Assembly (NCBI GenBank): GCA_964016885.1 | Contig: OZ024742.1 | Span: forward strand, 276,892,001-276,956,000 | Direction of reading: 5' to 3' | DNA: 64,000 nt | Origin: Eledone cirrhosa | Lineage: Eukaryota | Part shown: one piece after another, positions 1-12,984 of the stretch | Layout: the number at the start of each line of letters is the position of its first letter | Numbering within the stretch: position 1 is the stretch's first letter | The notes under the pieces: model-generated | Told to the model about the DNA's origin: nothing | What the model saw: the letters and a program-made list of their open reading frames with translations, nothing else | Databases searched by the model: none | Made by a program: the position numbers and the translations under genes

Positions 1-367
1 CTCACACACTTACACCTCTCCAAGACAATGTCACTGGACCGAGACCTTTGGCGGTACTCAGTAATAGAGAAGACCCGCCTTACCTAAATACATAGTAAAA
101 CCTACTACAGTCAGGAGGCATCTCTAACAAAATACACCGCCACATTTACTTTTAGCTAGGTACTTCTCCTGTAGTTGTCGTACAATGAAAAGAGCGTCTG
201 TGGTACTTTTGCCTGACACAAACCCGAACTGCATTTCATCTAGGTCAATTCTCTCTCTGATTAGTTGCGCTATTACTTTTTCCGTGACCTTCATGTCCTG
301 GTCGATTAATTTAATGCCTCTATAGTTACTCCTATCTAGGGCATCTCCTTTACCCTTATAACAGTTA
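1..367. mobile_element. Rearranged RTE LINE fragments (plus-strand ORF end 1-143, minus-strand RT piece 144-367)
   Basis: 1-143 matches 22411-22550 and 57951-58090; 144-367 matches the RT region 1812-2020 on the minus strand. Confidence 0.8.
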
Positions 368-2934
368 CCTACACGGCCACATTACAGCATGGACTGTGTG
401 TTTTTTTGTCATGACATCTACACGACCTCAATCTCATTTATTTGGACTGGATGTTGTAGTACCAACTTTACAGAGAGAGAGTGGTGTTAATGGGAGTGGG
501 AGGATAGGGTAGGGGTAGTGGATTAGAGTGTGTATTTGGTTAAGAGGTGCCTACTTACTGTAGGTTTCACTTTGTACATAGGCAACGCGGGTCTTCTGTA
601 TTACTGTGTAGCGCCAAAGATCTCGGTCCAGTGACATTGTCTTAGGGAGGTGGGAGTGTGTAAGGTTGGAATTTATCAAATTGTCCCAGGTTTTTCTGGG
701 TCTACCTACTCTGTAACTTCCATCAATTTTGATCGCCCTGCACTTTTTTATAAAGCTGTCATCTTTCATGCACATCACGTGACCATACCAACGTAGCCTT
801 CTCTCAAGTAAACAGCATCTGATCCCTCTTATTCCTAATTTCTCACTTAGTTCATTTATGCTTTGCCGTTCACGTGTGTTACTATTACACATCCAACGGA
901 GCATGCATGCTTTGTTCCTTTCCAGTTTGCGTAGATCCTCTGCACACAATGCCCAAGTCTCACTGCCATGTAGCATTGCTGTTCATATACAGGCTTCATA
1001 CAATCTGCCTTTCATTTTTAGAGAGAAACTTTTTGTGGCCAACAGTGGTATAAGCTCTCTGAACTTTTTCCATCCCGTTCTGACTCTGGCTATTGTACTT
1101 TCAGAACACCCTCCACCACTGCTGATTTTGTCACCCAGGTAACGGAAAGTGTCCACTATTTCTATAGAACCATCTTGGCAATAGAAGGAGCTAGTATCCG
1201 GTAGGCACTTGCTACTTATTGCACCTGAGCATCGGCCACATATAAAATCTATGTTCTTAGATAGTTTACCTGTGATCCCACTACATCTTTTATGTACCCA
1301 TAGTTTGCATTTGGGACATAAAATGGAGTTTCTGCCTACTCCTTTCCTACACACTGAGCATGGCCATTTCCCTGAGGGCACTTGTGCCCTATTTTCCTTT
1401 CTACAAACTAGAACTTTAGTCTTAGACAAGTTAACTTTAAGACCTTTTGATTCTAGGCCATTCTTCCATGTTTGGAATTTCTTCTCTAGTTCGGCCATAG
1501 ATTCAGCTATGAGAGTTATATCATCTGCGTATAGCAGTTTCCATGGTCTTAAACTCCTCTGTTATAGCCTGAAGGGCAATAATAAATAGGAGGGGCTAAG
1601 GACAGAGCCTTGATGAACACCAACTTTTACACTAAATTCTTCACAATATTCATTGTTAATTCTAACCTTACTGACTGTTTCTTTATACATAGCTTGTATA
1701 GCTCTCACAAGCCATTCATCTACATCTAGTTTTCTAAGAGCCCACCAGATAATGGAACGGGTGACTCTGTCAAAGGCTTTCTCCAGGTCTCCAAAAGCTA
1801 AGTAGAGGGGTTTACTTTTAGCTAGGTACTTCTGTAGTTGTCGTACAAGGAAAAGAACCTCTGTGGTACTTTTACCTGATACAAACCCAAACTGCATTTC
1901 ATCTAGATCAATTTGCTCTCTGATTAGTTGTGCTATAACTCTTTCTGTGACCTTCATGACCTGGTCAACTAACTTAATGCCTCTATAGTTACTCCTATCT
2001 AGAGCATCCCCTTTTAGCAGTTAATGATGATGCTGCTATGCCAATCTTTTGGTATGACCCCATTCTGTACTACTTGGTTAACTATACGAGTGACCATAGT
2101 ATGTCCCACCATTCCAGATGCCTTCAACATCTCAGCAACTATCTCCGATGGCCTAGCTGCCTTGCCTGTCTTCATATCTTTGATTGCCTTACTTATTATA
2201 CTACCTTTAACTTGCACCGCTGGTCCTTCTATTGGATCGATTTGGGGCAGACTATCTTTTTCCCATTTATTCTCCTCATTTAATAGTCTCTCGTAGTGAC
2301 ACTTCCAGGCTATCTTCTTATCAGCATCAGTGAGGGCAAGTGCACTGTTATCATTACAGACACACTTCTCCCCAACAATATCACGGTTTTCCTCAACACA
2401 TTGTCTAGCAATCCTGAACACCTCACGTTTTTGGTCCTCATGTTGTAGAACATGCTTGAACTTTCTATCCTCTGATTCCCTTTTTGCAAGGTACACTTGT
2501 CTCCTAGCTTCTCTCCTGGCCACTTGATAGTGTTCTCTACTTTCCCCATACTTTCCAAGCCTGCTTTTTGGCCTTGATTGTCTCCTCCACCTTACTGTTC
2601 CACCACCAAGTTACTCTTCTCCTGCCAATAGGTCTGCTCCAGCCACAGATTTCATCCGTTGCTTTCAGCAGGTTCACTTTCAAGAATTCACAGTTCCTCT
2701 ATATTGCACATCTCTAATTGTTCTTCCTTATTGTCAAAGGCATCAAGTAATAAGCTTTTGAATTTGTCACTGGCTATGGGGTCCTTCAACTTCCATATTC
2801 TTCTCTTCAAGGTAGGCCTCCTCCCTCTGTCATCGAGTACGTCTATTCCTGACTATGAGGTCACTAACTACTAGGCTATGTTGGGAGGTGCATTCTGCAG
2901 GGGGGGGGGGGGTTAGTGTTTACAACAGACACTT

Positions 2935-2935
<1 letters not shown>
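368..2935 (-). mobile_element. RTE-clade LINE, 5'-truncated and frameshifted (RT with inserted PHD finger)
   Basis: ORF pieces 2014-2523, 1562-1957, 983-1498 and 551-976 contain QFGF, DLEKAFD, GVHQGSVLSP, YADD, FRYLG, HGSETW, RLRWYGHV and GRPRKTW. The 5' end abuts a (TA)n tract. Confidence 0.92.
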
Positions 2936-2988
<53 letters not shown>

Positions 2989-3082
2989 AACAATATTTTA
3001 CATTAATTTAAAAAAAATCATCGAGCTACAACTTCTCATTACAATTCTATTATAGACAAAATACTTAACATTTAATAAATAA

Positions 3083-3280
3083 TTGTTTCTAACATAGGCA
3101 CAAGTCATTTTGGGGGGAGGAGAAATCAGTTACATCAACCATAGTACTTTACTGGTACTTTATTTTATTGACCTTGGAAATATGAAAGGCAAAGTTAAAC
3201 ACAGATCGTAAAGGGCCATAACTAAATGCTACAACCATTTCGTTTGATGTTCTAATGATTCTGCCAATCTATCGCCCTAA
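3083..3280 (-). mobile_element. tRNA-derived SINE with Deu/Nin-like central domain (degenerate)
   Basis: Reverse complement of the family motif actttgcctttcat...ggtcaataaaataaagtaccag and the tail ...cttgtgcct...agaaacaattat. Confidence 0.65.
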
Positions 3281-4462
3281 ACAATTTAATAAATAATTAC
3301 CTTAGAATGATATATCTCATTCTAGAATTGAGTATATCACTATAAGAATCTTATAAATAAATTAAGGAAATATCTTGATATAAATTATATGATTAACCTC
3401 TTCAGTGCCATAGACAAGATAACTCGCCCTAACATGTATGCATTTCAGTGCCACTACTAGTTTATTGATGTGACATTTGTAAATCATAATAGTCATTTTA
3501 TTGCAAAAAAAAGAAAAAAACTGGCACAGCAACTGTAGTTGTGTAAAATATATGCAGCAGTCAACAGGTTGAAGGAAGTTGAAAAGAAATAATAGTGACC
3601 CTGATACACACACCCCATCCACTCTTACACATCAAACTTTCTTTTGCAACACTATACATGGGTTTTCTTGAAAGTTGCAAAGTAGAGATTTTAAGATTTA
3701 CAATTAAAGGAAAAAGGAAAGAAACCCTGTAAACAATATTTCCATTACTAAAACTATCTGATACTATCTGCTGGTCACAGTTCCTGGCAGAAACAATCAA
3801 ACAACAACACCAACAAAACAGAAAAAAACTAAATGAATTGATAACTCCTGAGAGACTCATAGGGCTCAGACTTAATTCTGATTTCTGCAGTGTTAAATGG
3901 AAGAGAGACACATCTCCTTCTGGATAGGACACTAGTCTATTTTGGGTAAAAATGTTTTGTTATCAATTCTGAATGTGTCAGTGAATTGAAGTACAATCTG
4001 TTCATTTTTTACGCAAACTTGAAGTACGCAAATTTGTTTTGACACCTCTTAAAAAAATATTATTAAATATTCACTTTGCACGAAAAATGTGCGGGGTTTT
4101 TAATTTTTTTTATTTATCAGAAAATTAGACTTTAATTACACGAATTTGCTTCACGCGCCATGTTCACGAATGCATCTTCGCATAAAAAGCGAACACATTA
4201 CATGGAAAAAAGAGTGTCAAGGAAATGCAAGCAGAACATTTGTACACTTAATTAATTCATGAAGAAGATTTAAAAACTTGTAAGCGGCACATTGATACTG
4301 GAAATTTCAGTATCAATGTTGATAGATTGTATTTTCAACACAAGGAAGGTGGCTGTCATCTTCAATTTATATCAACATCAAATGAGACCCAGATTGTATG
4401 ACTGAAGCAACAAGTTAAAAAAAAAAGCTTAGCAACTATTGTATTAAACCTTGAGAGAACCA

Positions 4463-4702
4463 TTAACCCTTTCATTACCACACTTCTAATGAAATATACT
4501 GTGTTTGAATTGACGACTGAATAATTTGGAGAGATTTACTAAAGTTATTTCATTAAGATGGTATTTGTAACATAACTCAGAAAAGATTCTTATATAAATT
4601 AATATTGGAAGATTTTATTCTAAATAGGAATCATTTAAAAAGTGTGGTTTTATTTTATAGAACTTGAAGCAGTTTTAGGTGGGTTGGTATCAAAAGGATT
4701 AA
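4463..4702. mobile_element. TTAA-flanked MITE family B (piggyBac-type); related copies at ~9607-10196, 14935-15173 and 23469-24234
   Basis: Termini ttaaccctttcattacc ... ggtatcaaaaggattaa; the internal sequence recurs at the listed loci. Confidence 0.6.
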
Positions 4703-5148
4703 GATTGCTAAAGAACTTAAAGAGAAACATAAAATAAAAATTGACACTGATCTCTCCTTAAGGAAACATTGGAAAATCCTACAAAACTTAAACCCATTTT
4801 TGGTTTGACATTGTGATTCAAGTGGGCATGAGTTGGGGTAAGGACATTTATAAAGTTTATTAAACCATTATGATAGATTTTTGTTAAGTTTAGAGATGTT
4901 AGATATGGCAAGGTTATAGGAAATATTTGGGGTAGTGGAATAAGAAATCATCAAGCTTTTGCTAAAGATTGGGTAGTATTTGTATTACGTGGGAAGGAGT
5001 TTGAAGAAACAACTAGATACAGAGGTTACTACTGCTAAATTGTAAGGTAGATTATACCATTTAATATTTCTTTATCTATTGGAGTTTGAGGTTCTGTAAT
5101 TGGTATCTATGTAATATTTTAAAAACCATATAGTATTGTGAGGACATC

Positions 5149-5377
5149 TTAACACTTTAGCATTTACATTACTCTACATTTTCTATTGTATTTTCATAGT
5201 AAAAGCTTTACTTCACATAATTATCTAACAAATTATTGAATCTATGAGATTTTGATATTATTTATTTTGACAACAATACCTTAACATCAGTATGAGTAGC
5301 TGGTTACAGCTGGTTTGAACAGAGAGAGATGAGGGAGTTCTGGCCAGTTACGGCTGGATTAAATGCTAAAAAGTTAA
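5149..5377. mobile_element. TTAA-flanked MITE family A (piggyBac-type)
   Basis: TTAA + C(C/A)CTTTAGCATTTA ... TAAATGCTAAA(A/G)(A/G)G + TTAA; five copies in the window. Confidence 0.8.
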
Positions 5378-6799
5378 ATGTTTGCTCATTAGCATATATC
5401 AGAGTCTGAGAGATATGGTTTTATCTAAGTTCCTAGTGATGTTGTTAAGGTGGTTAGAGTGCAGGTAGATGTAGTGAAGAAAAAAAAGACAGATACAAAT
5501 GATAATGATACACACACACGCATAAACATATAGGTCAACAGCTACCATTGAAGTGATTGCAAAAACAGACAATCTACTGAAAACAGAAATAAAATCTATG
5601 AGATCAATACCACCAGAGAAAAAAGTAGACCATGATCAGTCTGTTTCAAATTAACTATGAAGATTTATTCATTTATACATTATTTACTTGATTCAGTCCT
5701 AATTTACCATAAAACATATTTTCATACATGATTGGAATTATTTCAAGAAAACTAAGAAGACCTTATCAAAGATTGCTTTCTATGTTCTTGTTTTAATATC
5801 TTCACATTTCAATAGTTAATTGTAAATTTTCTCTTTGCCACAATTCATACAGAGCTAACATTTTCTTTTGGGACTTAAATCCACAAGAACACGGCTTCAA
5901 TTCTTGAGTTTAGCTATTTCAGTTGATTTTTATTGCTAATGTAATTTGGAAAGGATAGAGGTGTCACAACTTCCATACTTCCTTTTCCCCCATACACAAG
6001 ACTTGTCAGTCATGGGCAGATAACTATGATTGAAAAGTCATCTAAGTGACTTTGTTTATCACACTTTCATGACATAACTTAAATATTGGTTGATTTAATC
6101 AGTGATTGATTCAAAGTATACTATAGAAGGAGAACACTTCACTGCATGGATTTTGTACGTTAGAGAGAACAAAATGTTTTTTTCATCCTAATTCGAAGAT
6201 CAAAACAAATTCATATTTAAAAAGAAAACAGAAACAAGAGCAATAACTAACATGATTCTGGTGTGTCTTGAATTTAGAATTGTAAACCTCTTAAATCATT
6301 ATCTTAACAAATTGCCTCTTTCAAAATGATTAAATCAGCATTGTAATGGTTATATGCAAAAATTAGTGGCAGTAAGTGGATGAGATATTGCTACTGTCCA
6401 GTATCTTTTAATTAATATAGTGACAGTTGTATCATAATTGAAAATTTACTATAATATTTCTAATGTGTTTTAAATTATCTAAAGAACACTTCTCTTGGAA
6501 GGGGACAAACAAATTGGTCATCACTGAATCAATATGGTTTTAACACTTGGTATGTCAAGTCATCACTAACTCATTATGTGAAAGATGTAATCCTGTCAAT
6601 TAATTCCCAAGAGGGGTTTCGAGTGTGCTACTTCAATATTAACAAGCTTCACATAACCTACTGCATATATAATGTGTGGGTGTTAGAAAAGAAGAGAAAA
6701 CAACACATCTTTTACATTTGGCTCTTTGTATACTATGTATCTAGTATCCAAACAGAGCTAATAATCTGTTAATAACTCTATATTATTGTATAAAACTGA

Positions 6800-7660
6800 T
6801 TTTTCCAGTCTTTCCAAGCCTGTCTCTTGGTTTTAATGGCTGTATCTACTGTATTGTTCACCATCAAGTCACACATTGTCTGGCTGGCACTTTACTCCAG
6901 TTGCAAGTCTCACCAGTAGTTCACAAAAGGTTGTCATGTAAGAATTTCAAATTGCCCTCTACATTATATGTATCTCGGTCATCATCCCTCTCATCAAGTG
7001 CATCCTGTATGGCCTTTCTAAACCTATATTTAACTGAGACGTCCTTTAACTTCCACACACTGTCTCCATATTTTCCTGCGAGTCTTGTTCTGTCTTTTAT
7101 TTATTTTGATTTCACTAATAACTAACTTGTGCTGGGCAGTACATTTTTCCCCAGGGAAGGCCTTAGTATTTATTACAGACCTTTTTATCCATGCTTGCAT
7201 GGGTTGGATAGACCCTTTTCAGCTTAGGCTTTCTCAATTTGTAGCATTCCTTCATCATCTCCAATGTGAGGTTTAGCATTTTAAGATTTAACCACTTCCG
7301 CCCAGATTTTTCTTGGTCTTCTTCTACTGCAGCTTCCTTACACTAGTATTACCTGGCTCTTCCTTCATCCAGTGTTCAACATCCATATGAATCACATGTT
7401 CAAACCAGCGAAGTCTTCTCTCTTGCACACTTATACCCAGCTTTTCCTTTAGTTCTTAGTTCATTTACATCTTGTTGTTCATGCACACCAGCATTACACA
7501 TCCAATGGAACATGCTCACTTCATTTCTCTCCAGCCTCTATATATCTTTTGTATTTACTACATGTTACACATGTCTCACTGCCATGCAATATCATATTTC
7601 TCATGCAGGCATCATACAATCTTAGAGAAAATCGTTTTGTTGTCAACAAAGGTGGAAGCT
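6800..7660 (-). mobile_element. Degenerate RTE LINE fragments
   Basis: Similar to the RTE pre-RT region (2550-2930) and the C-terminal region (550-1080); heavily decayed. Confidence 0.65.
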
Positions 7661-7975
7661 CCCTAAACTTTCTTCAGCAATATACCAGATCAGCCATCCT
7701 CCTTCTTTGCTCACTTATTCCTGAGAGGGTCATAGGAGCAGAGTCCTCAAACATTCCTTCCAGCCATCCAACTGTTGGTATTTAGTTTGTGTTGAGAATG
7801 AGTGTAATGTATGTCTACATTGGGAAATATAACTGTATAAATATAACTGTAACATACAGCTGTTAGAAGATTTGACTAACCTATGTAATCATGAACTATA
7901 TTTTTCTTTCTCATTAGTTCTTCTCATTTTAACAGTAATTCATTATGATTCATGAACTATTTATGCTAATTAAAT

Positions 7976-9227
7976 TCATCATCCCCATCACCGTTTTACG
8001 TATGTTCATCCACACTAGCATGGGTTAGACGGGTTGTCCTGTTGTGGACAGTGTCTGGTCGGCTGACCATGCCTTGCTCATACAGGAACTGATTTGGCTT
8101 GATTCTACAGCTGGATGCCCTTCCTAACACCAACCTCATTTACAGTGAGTGCTGGGTGCTTTTTCGTGGCGCCTACACGTCCACTTTACAGTGTGGGCTG
8201 GGTGCTTTTTTGCCATGGCACCTCCACGACCACCTTGCGGTGGGGGGTGTGGGGCATATTGTCTATATGCTTCAGCTTGTACCCATGGGAGGTCGGGTAC
8301 TCTGTATTACTGCGTGACGCCAGAGGTCACGGCTGTGTGTCATCGCCTTTGAGAGGTGTAATTGGGTAAGGTCGGCTTTTATCACCTCATCCCAGGTCAT
8401 CTTGGGTCTCCCCCACTCCGCGGTTTCCATCGACTTCTAGTGCTCTGCACCTTTTTATGCAGCTGTCATCCTTCATACGCATCACATCTCCATACCAGCG
8501 CAACCGCCACTCCTGCACACAGCATTTGATTCCTCTTATGCTCAGTCTCTCTCTCAATTCATTTATGCTTTGTCGTTCGCGTATATTACTGTTACACATC
8601 CATCGGAGCATGCAGGCTTCGTTTCTCTCTAATCTACGTAAGTCTTCCACCTTCAGCGCCCAGGTCTCACTACCATGCAACATCGCTGTTCGGATACACG
8701 CATCATACAGTCTGCCTTTCATTCTGAGGGAGAAGCCTTTTGCAGCTAGCAGTGGTAGTAGTTCCCTAAACTTCTTCCATCCCGTTCTTACCCTAGTTAT
8801 TGTACTTTCTGAACACCCACCTCCGTTGCTAATTCGGTCACCTAGGTAGCAGAAGCTGTCTACTGTTTCTACAGAGCCCTCCCAGAGATTGGTGGTACTT
8901 GTTTCCTGTGGCTGTCCCAGCACAGCTGCTGCATGTGAAGCCTACATTCTTAATTAAGCTTCCTGAGATCCCGCTACATCTCCTGTGTACCCATTGTTTG
9001 CATTTGGGGCAGAGAATGGAGTTCCTACCTACACCTTTCCTACATACTGAGCAAGGCCATTTCCCTGATGGGATCTGGGTTCTGTTTTCTTGTCTACTTA
9101 CAAGGATCTTAGTCTTTGTCATGTTGACTTTGAGACCCTTTCTTTCTAGTCCCTGCTTCCAAGTTTGGAATTTCTTCTCTAGTTCTACCATAGATTCAGC
9201 TATAAGTGCGAGGTCATCAGCATACAG
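7976..9227 (-). mobile_element. RTE LINE 3' portion with PHD finger, 3'UTR and (TGA)n-like tail
   Basis: ORFs 8838-9191 and 8387-8923 (WPCSVC..CPKC..HRRC..CSSC; FCYLG; HGSETW). Truncated at LYADD next to a TA/TG microsatellite. The 3'UTR contains ggttggtgttaggaagggcatccagctg. Confidence 0.9.
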
Positions 9228-9758
9228 GTATTTATATATATATATGTATGTGTGTACGTGTTTGTGTATATACGTATGTATATGTATGTGTATATATATG
9301 TTAATTCTAATCCTGTAAATCTTATAGGAATTCCAAACATTTTTATTTTGTTTATTTTCTGACTTATAAATTTCAATATTACAGCTTTAATAAGACATAA
9401 TTACGGACTGAAAATTTTGAAATAAGAACTAAACCATTGTGATATGTGTATAGAGTTCTTTGTTAGAATGTGGCTTGTTAAAAAACAAAATAAGAACAGG
9501 AGGACTTTCACAGAACACCTCCTACTTAATTAGATCTGTAAACAATACAAATATATCTACTGTTAGGAAAAGGGGGCTGAACATACATCTTGGCATTTTG
9601 GAATATTTAACCCTTTTGTATTTCTAACAAAATACACTCTATTTCAGTTAATTAAGAATGTTGAGAGATTTACTAAAACTATCTAATTACTTCATTATTT
9701 TGAAGTTTCAGCTTGATGCCTTCATCTGGCAACCAGATGAAGGGATCCAACTGTAACT

Positions 9759-9964
9759 TTAACCCTTTAGCATTCACATTACGCTGTATGTACTATTATA
9801 TTTTCATGGTAAAGGCTTTATCTTACATAATTATCTCACATAATATTGAATCTACGAGATTTTGATATTATTGATTTTTAGAACAATACCATAACATCAG
9901 TATGAGCTCCGGTTACAGCTGGTTTGAACAGAAAGAGGTGAGGGAATTCTGGCTAAAGGGTTAA
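9759..9964. mobile_element. MITE family A, nested in a family B MITE
   Basis: ttaaccctttagcatt ... gctaaagggttaa. Confidence 0.8.
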
Positions 9965-10519
9965 AGTTACTGCCACTTTTCTACTTAGAAAATGTATTTA
10001 TACACTCTACCCACCAATACTGAGAGCTCATTCAGTTGATGTTTGAATGTTTTAAATACTACAGTATTTTAAACACATATTCTCATAATTACTTTACTAC
10101 TAAGATAGTAACTTAACATATGGGCCTTTTAAAATAGGTGGTTTTGTTTCATAGAAGCGAAATTGATTTTAGCTAGATTGGTTATAAAAGAGTTAAGAAG
10201 CTATATCTGCCCAATAAAAAGAACCACTTATAAATGTTTAGATTAAAAATATTGATAGGTAGACGATTTGAGGTTATACAGTGTACTTCATTAAATATAT
10301 AAAATGAAAACCAGTTTACATAGATAATATCATCATTAGAGATTACATGAATACAGTAACTTATCAGATGAAAGACAAGCCAGCAGGTGCTAGAATATCA
10401 CAGTTATGGCTCCTGTCAGGTTTTTTTAATAGAAATATTAGTAACTTATGCATTTAAGAAGCAATATTTATCAAACATCAGATTTACAATCAGCAGTTCA
10501 TTAATAAATAATAATTGAT

Positions 10520-10770
10520 CAATCGACTAGATCCACCCTCATTCATTTACTAAGTGAGGTGAAACTCATCAAATCAGATCAAGGAAACAATGTTTCCATT
10601 GGTCTTTCCACTACTGAGACTATCTACGAGTTGTAACACCTGGCAGAAAGAGCAGCGTGAAATAAAGTATTTTGCTCTTGCTCAAGGGCATAACGCACTG
10701 CTTGGTCTGAAAATTGAACTCATAACCACATGGTTGCGAATTTAATTCTCTAACCACTAAGCCAACTGCT
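10520..10770 (-). mobile_element. tRNA-derived SINE with CORE-like domain (degenerate)
   Basis: Minus strand reads A-box tagtggttag, B-box-like gagttcaattttc, then tgcccttgagcaag. Confidence 0.55.
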
Positions 10771-10782
10771 TTCACAGTTCAT

Positions 10783-11270
10783 TGCATAATCCAAATATTA
10801 CCATCTACACATCCTTACTTGCTATGTTGCATCTATGTGCATATCCTTGTATACTTCACCTCTATGCACATCCTCACTATACTGCATCCCTATGCATATC
10901 TTTTCTATATTGCAACCATGCATATCTGTTATGCTGCATCTGTGCATATCTTTGTTATATTGCACCTTTGCTCTATGACACCTGTGTGCACTTCCATGCT
11001 ATATTGCATCTTTGTGCACATTTCTTTTACACCTGTGTGCACATCCTTGCTATACTGCACCACTGTGCATAACTTTGCTCTATTACACCTGTGTGTACAT
11101 CCTTGCTATATTGCACCATTGTGCACATCTTTGATATACTGCATATCTGTGAACATCCTTGCTATAATGCATTTATGTGCACATCCTTGCTACATTGCAT
11201 GTCTATACATATCTTTGTCATATTGCATCTGTGCACACCCTTGCTATGTTGCATGTCTGTGCATATCATA
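10783..11270. repeat. Degenerate ~28-bp minisatellite (~17 copies)
   Basis: Consensus approximately ctgtgtgcacatccttgctatattgcac, repeated in tandem. Confidence 0.85.
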
Positions 11271-11307
11271 CTTGTTTTGGTGTTGTTTAACAGGTAGCTT
11301 CTTATTG

Positions 11308-11630
11308 TGAAGGTGTGTGGCTTTGTGGTTAAGGTATTCGGCTCACAACTGTATGGCTGTGAGTTTGATTCCCAGTAGCATGTTGTGGCCTTGAGCAAGA
11401 CACTTTATTTTCACGTTGCTCCGGTCCACTCAGCTGGTAAAAATCTTATAGGAGTTGTATCTGTAATTCGAAGGGTCACCCTTGTCACACTGAATCTCCC
11501 AGAGAACTACGTTAAGGGTACGTGTGTTTGTGGAATGCTCAGCCACTTGCACATTAATTTCAAGAGCAGGCTGTTCTGTTGATCGGATCAATTGGAACAC
11601 TCGTCATCATAACCAACAGAGTGTCAGTAA
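11308..11630 (+). mobile_element. tRNA-derived SINE with CORE-like domain
   Basis: A-box-like tggctttgtgg, B-box-like gagtttgattccc, then ccttgagcaagacactttatttt. A related partial copy lies at 37781-37860. Confidence 0.65.
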
Positions 11631-12219
11631 TAGGTTCTTATTCCAAATATTTCAGTTGAAAATTAAGACTTAAATCGTTACATCCTGCAATCATTTAGTA
11701 GAAAACATAAAAATATGTTTGGTAATTCAAATATTTATAGTACCTTTATTAGTGGATAGATTCTTGTGAAAATTTGCAGTAAACTAAAGTAAAGAGTTTA
11801 ATTATTTTTAATATGATGTAGTCATAATGCTGTTTGAAGTTTTCAAGAATATCTTGCAAGTGTGGCTGCGTGTGGTACAGGACATTAAATGTTAAAGACA
11901 AAATATTTTCTGAATTTAATTTCTCCAGTTTTGCAATGTTAAGTGACTTTTATTAGCTTCCTGTTTAAATACTGATATGCCAAGGTTTCAAATAATTACA
12001 GGATCTTAATAATGAAAAATATTATATTTGAGTTAGTTATATATCCTTTCATGGGTCTGGCTTCACTGAGTTAGTGTTTATTTCTGCTTTGCATGCCAAT
12101 ACGTGGAGGAAAGATAAATGTTCCTTAGGCTTTTGAAGATTTTCATGTGGAAGGAAATGAACTCAACACTGCAGCTTAGTGAAACACTTGTCGATTTTAC
12201 AATACTCCCACTGCTCCTT

Positions 12220-12380
12220 ACTGCAGTGAGCTATTTATACTCTGTGGTACTTATTTACAGTTAACTAGCCCAGGATAATTGATACTAAGTGCACTGGCTC
12301 ACTGCAGTGAGTTATTTTTACTCTAAAGTACATTTTTATAGCTAACAAACCCAGGACAATTGACACTATGTGTATTGGTC
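12220..12380. repeat. Diverged ~81-bp tandem duplication
   Basis: actgcagtgag...cccagga(t/c)aattga(t/c)acta..tgg occurs at 12220 and 12301. Confidence 0.8.
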
Positions 12381-12529
12381 AAATACTAAATGTAGTATCA
12401 GTCACAGGAATATGTACCTGACAGCCATCTGATACTCTATCAACTCAGTTCTCTCCAGTTATTAATAATTTTAGTAATATTTGGGACATTATTCTTTCAT
12501 AATTTCTTATCAAAAATTTTACAATCATT

Positions 12530-12922
12530 TGTGAAGATTAGATTGCATGATGCCTGTATATGTAGTTATGTTGCATGGTAGTGAGACGTGAGCATTGATT
12601 GTAGAGAATATGCAAAGGCTCAAAAGAAATGAATTGGGCATGCTCTGGTGGATGTGTGCATGAACACCAAAGCACAGTTGAGTTGAAAAAAAAAGTGGGT
12701 ATGAGAGAAATGAGATGTAGTGTGCAGGAGAGAAGATTGCACTGGCATGGACATGTAATGTGTATGGATGATGTTTGTTAGGTGAACAAGTACCAGGAAT
12801 TTCAAGTGGCAAGAAGCTGTAAAAGTGATAAGTGGAGTGATGCTGTATTCTAAGCTGTACAATGCATGCTGTATTATAATCCATACAAGCATGGAAAAAC
12901 AGAAATGAAAATGATGATAATG
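12530..12922 (+). mobile_element. Degenerate RTE LINE 3' end
   Basis: atgttgcatggtagtgagacgtg (MLHGSET), caggagagaagattgcactgg, and tail ccatacaagcatggaaaa...tgatgataatga. Confidence 0.7.
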
Positions 12923-12984
12923 ACTTGGATAATTATGTTCCTTCTAAACAATATAGTATAACTAAGTTAGTGTTAACATCATTG

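Noticed and set aside
3561-3932. 123-aa minus-strand ORF, and plus-strand ATLYMGFLE resembling a Penelope RT motif
   Set aside because: No supporting motifs in frame; too decayed to call.
10782-11398. Cys/His-rich ORFs resembling metal-binding proteins
   Set aside because: Products of the 28-bp minisatellite.
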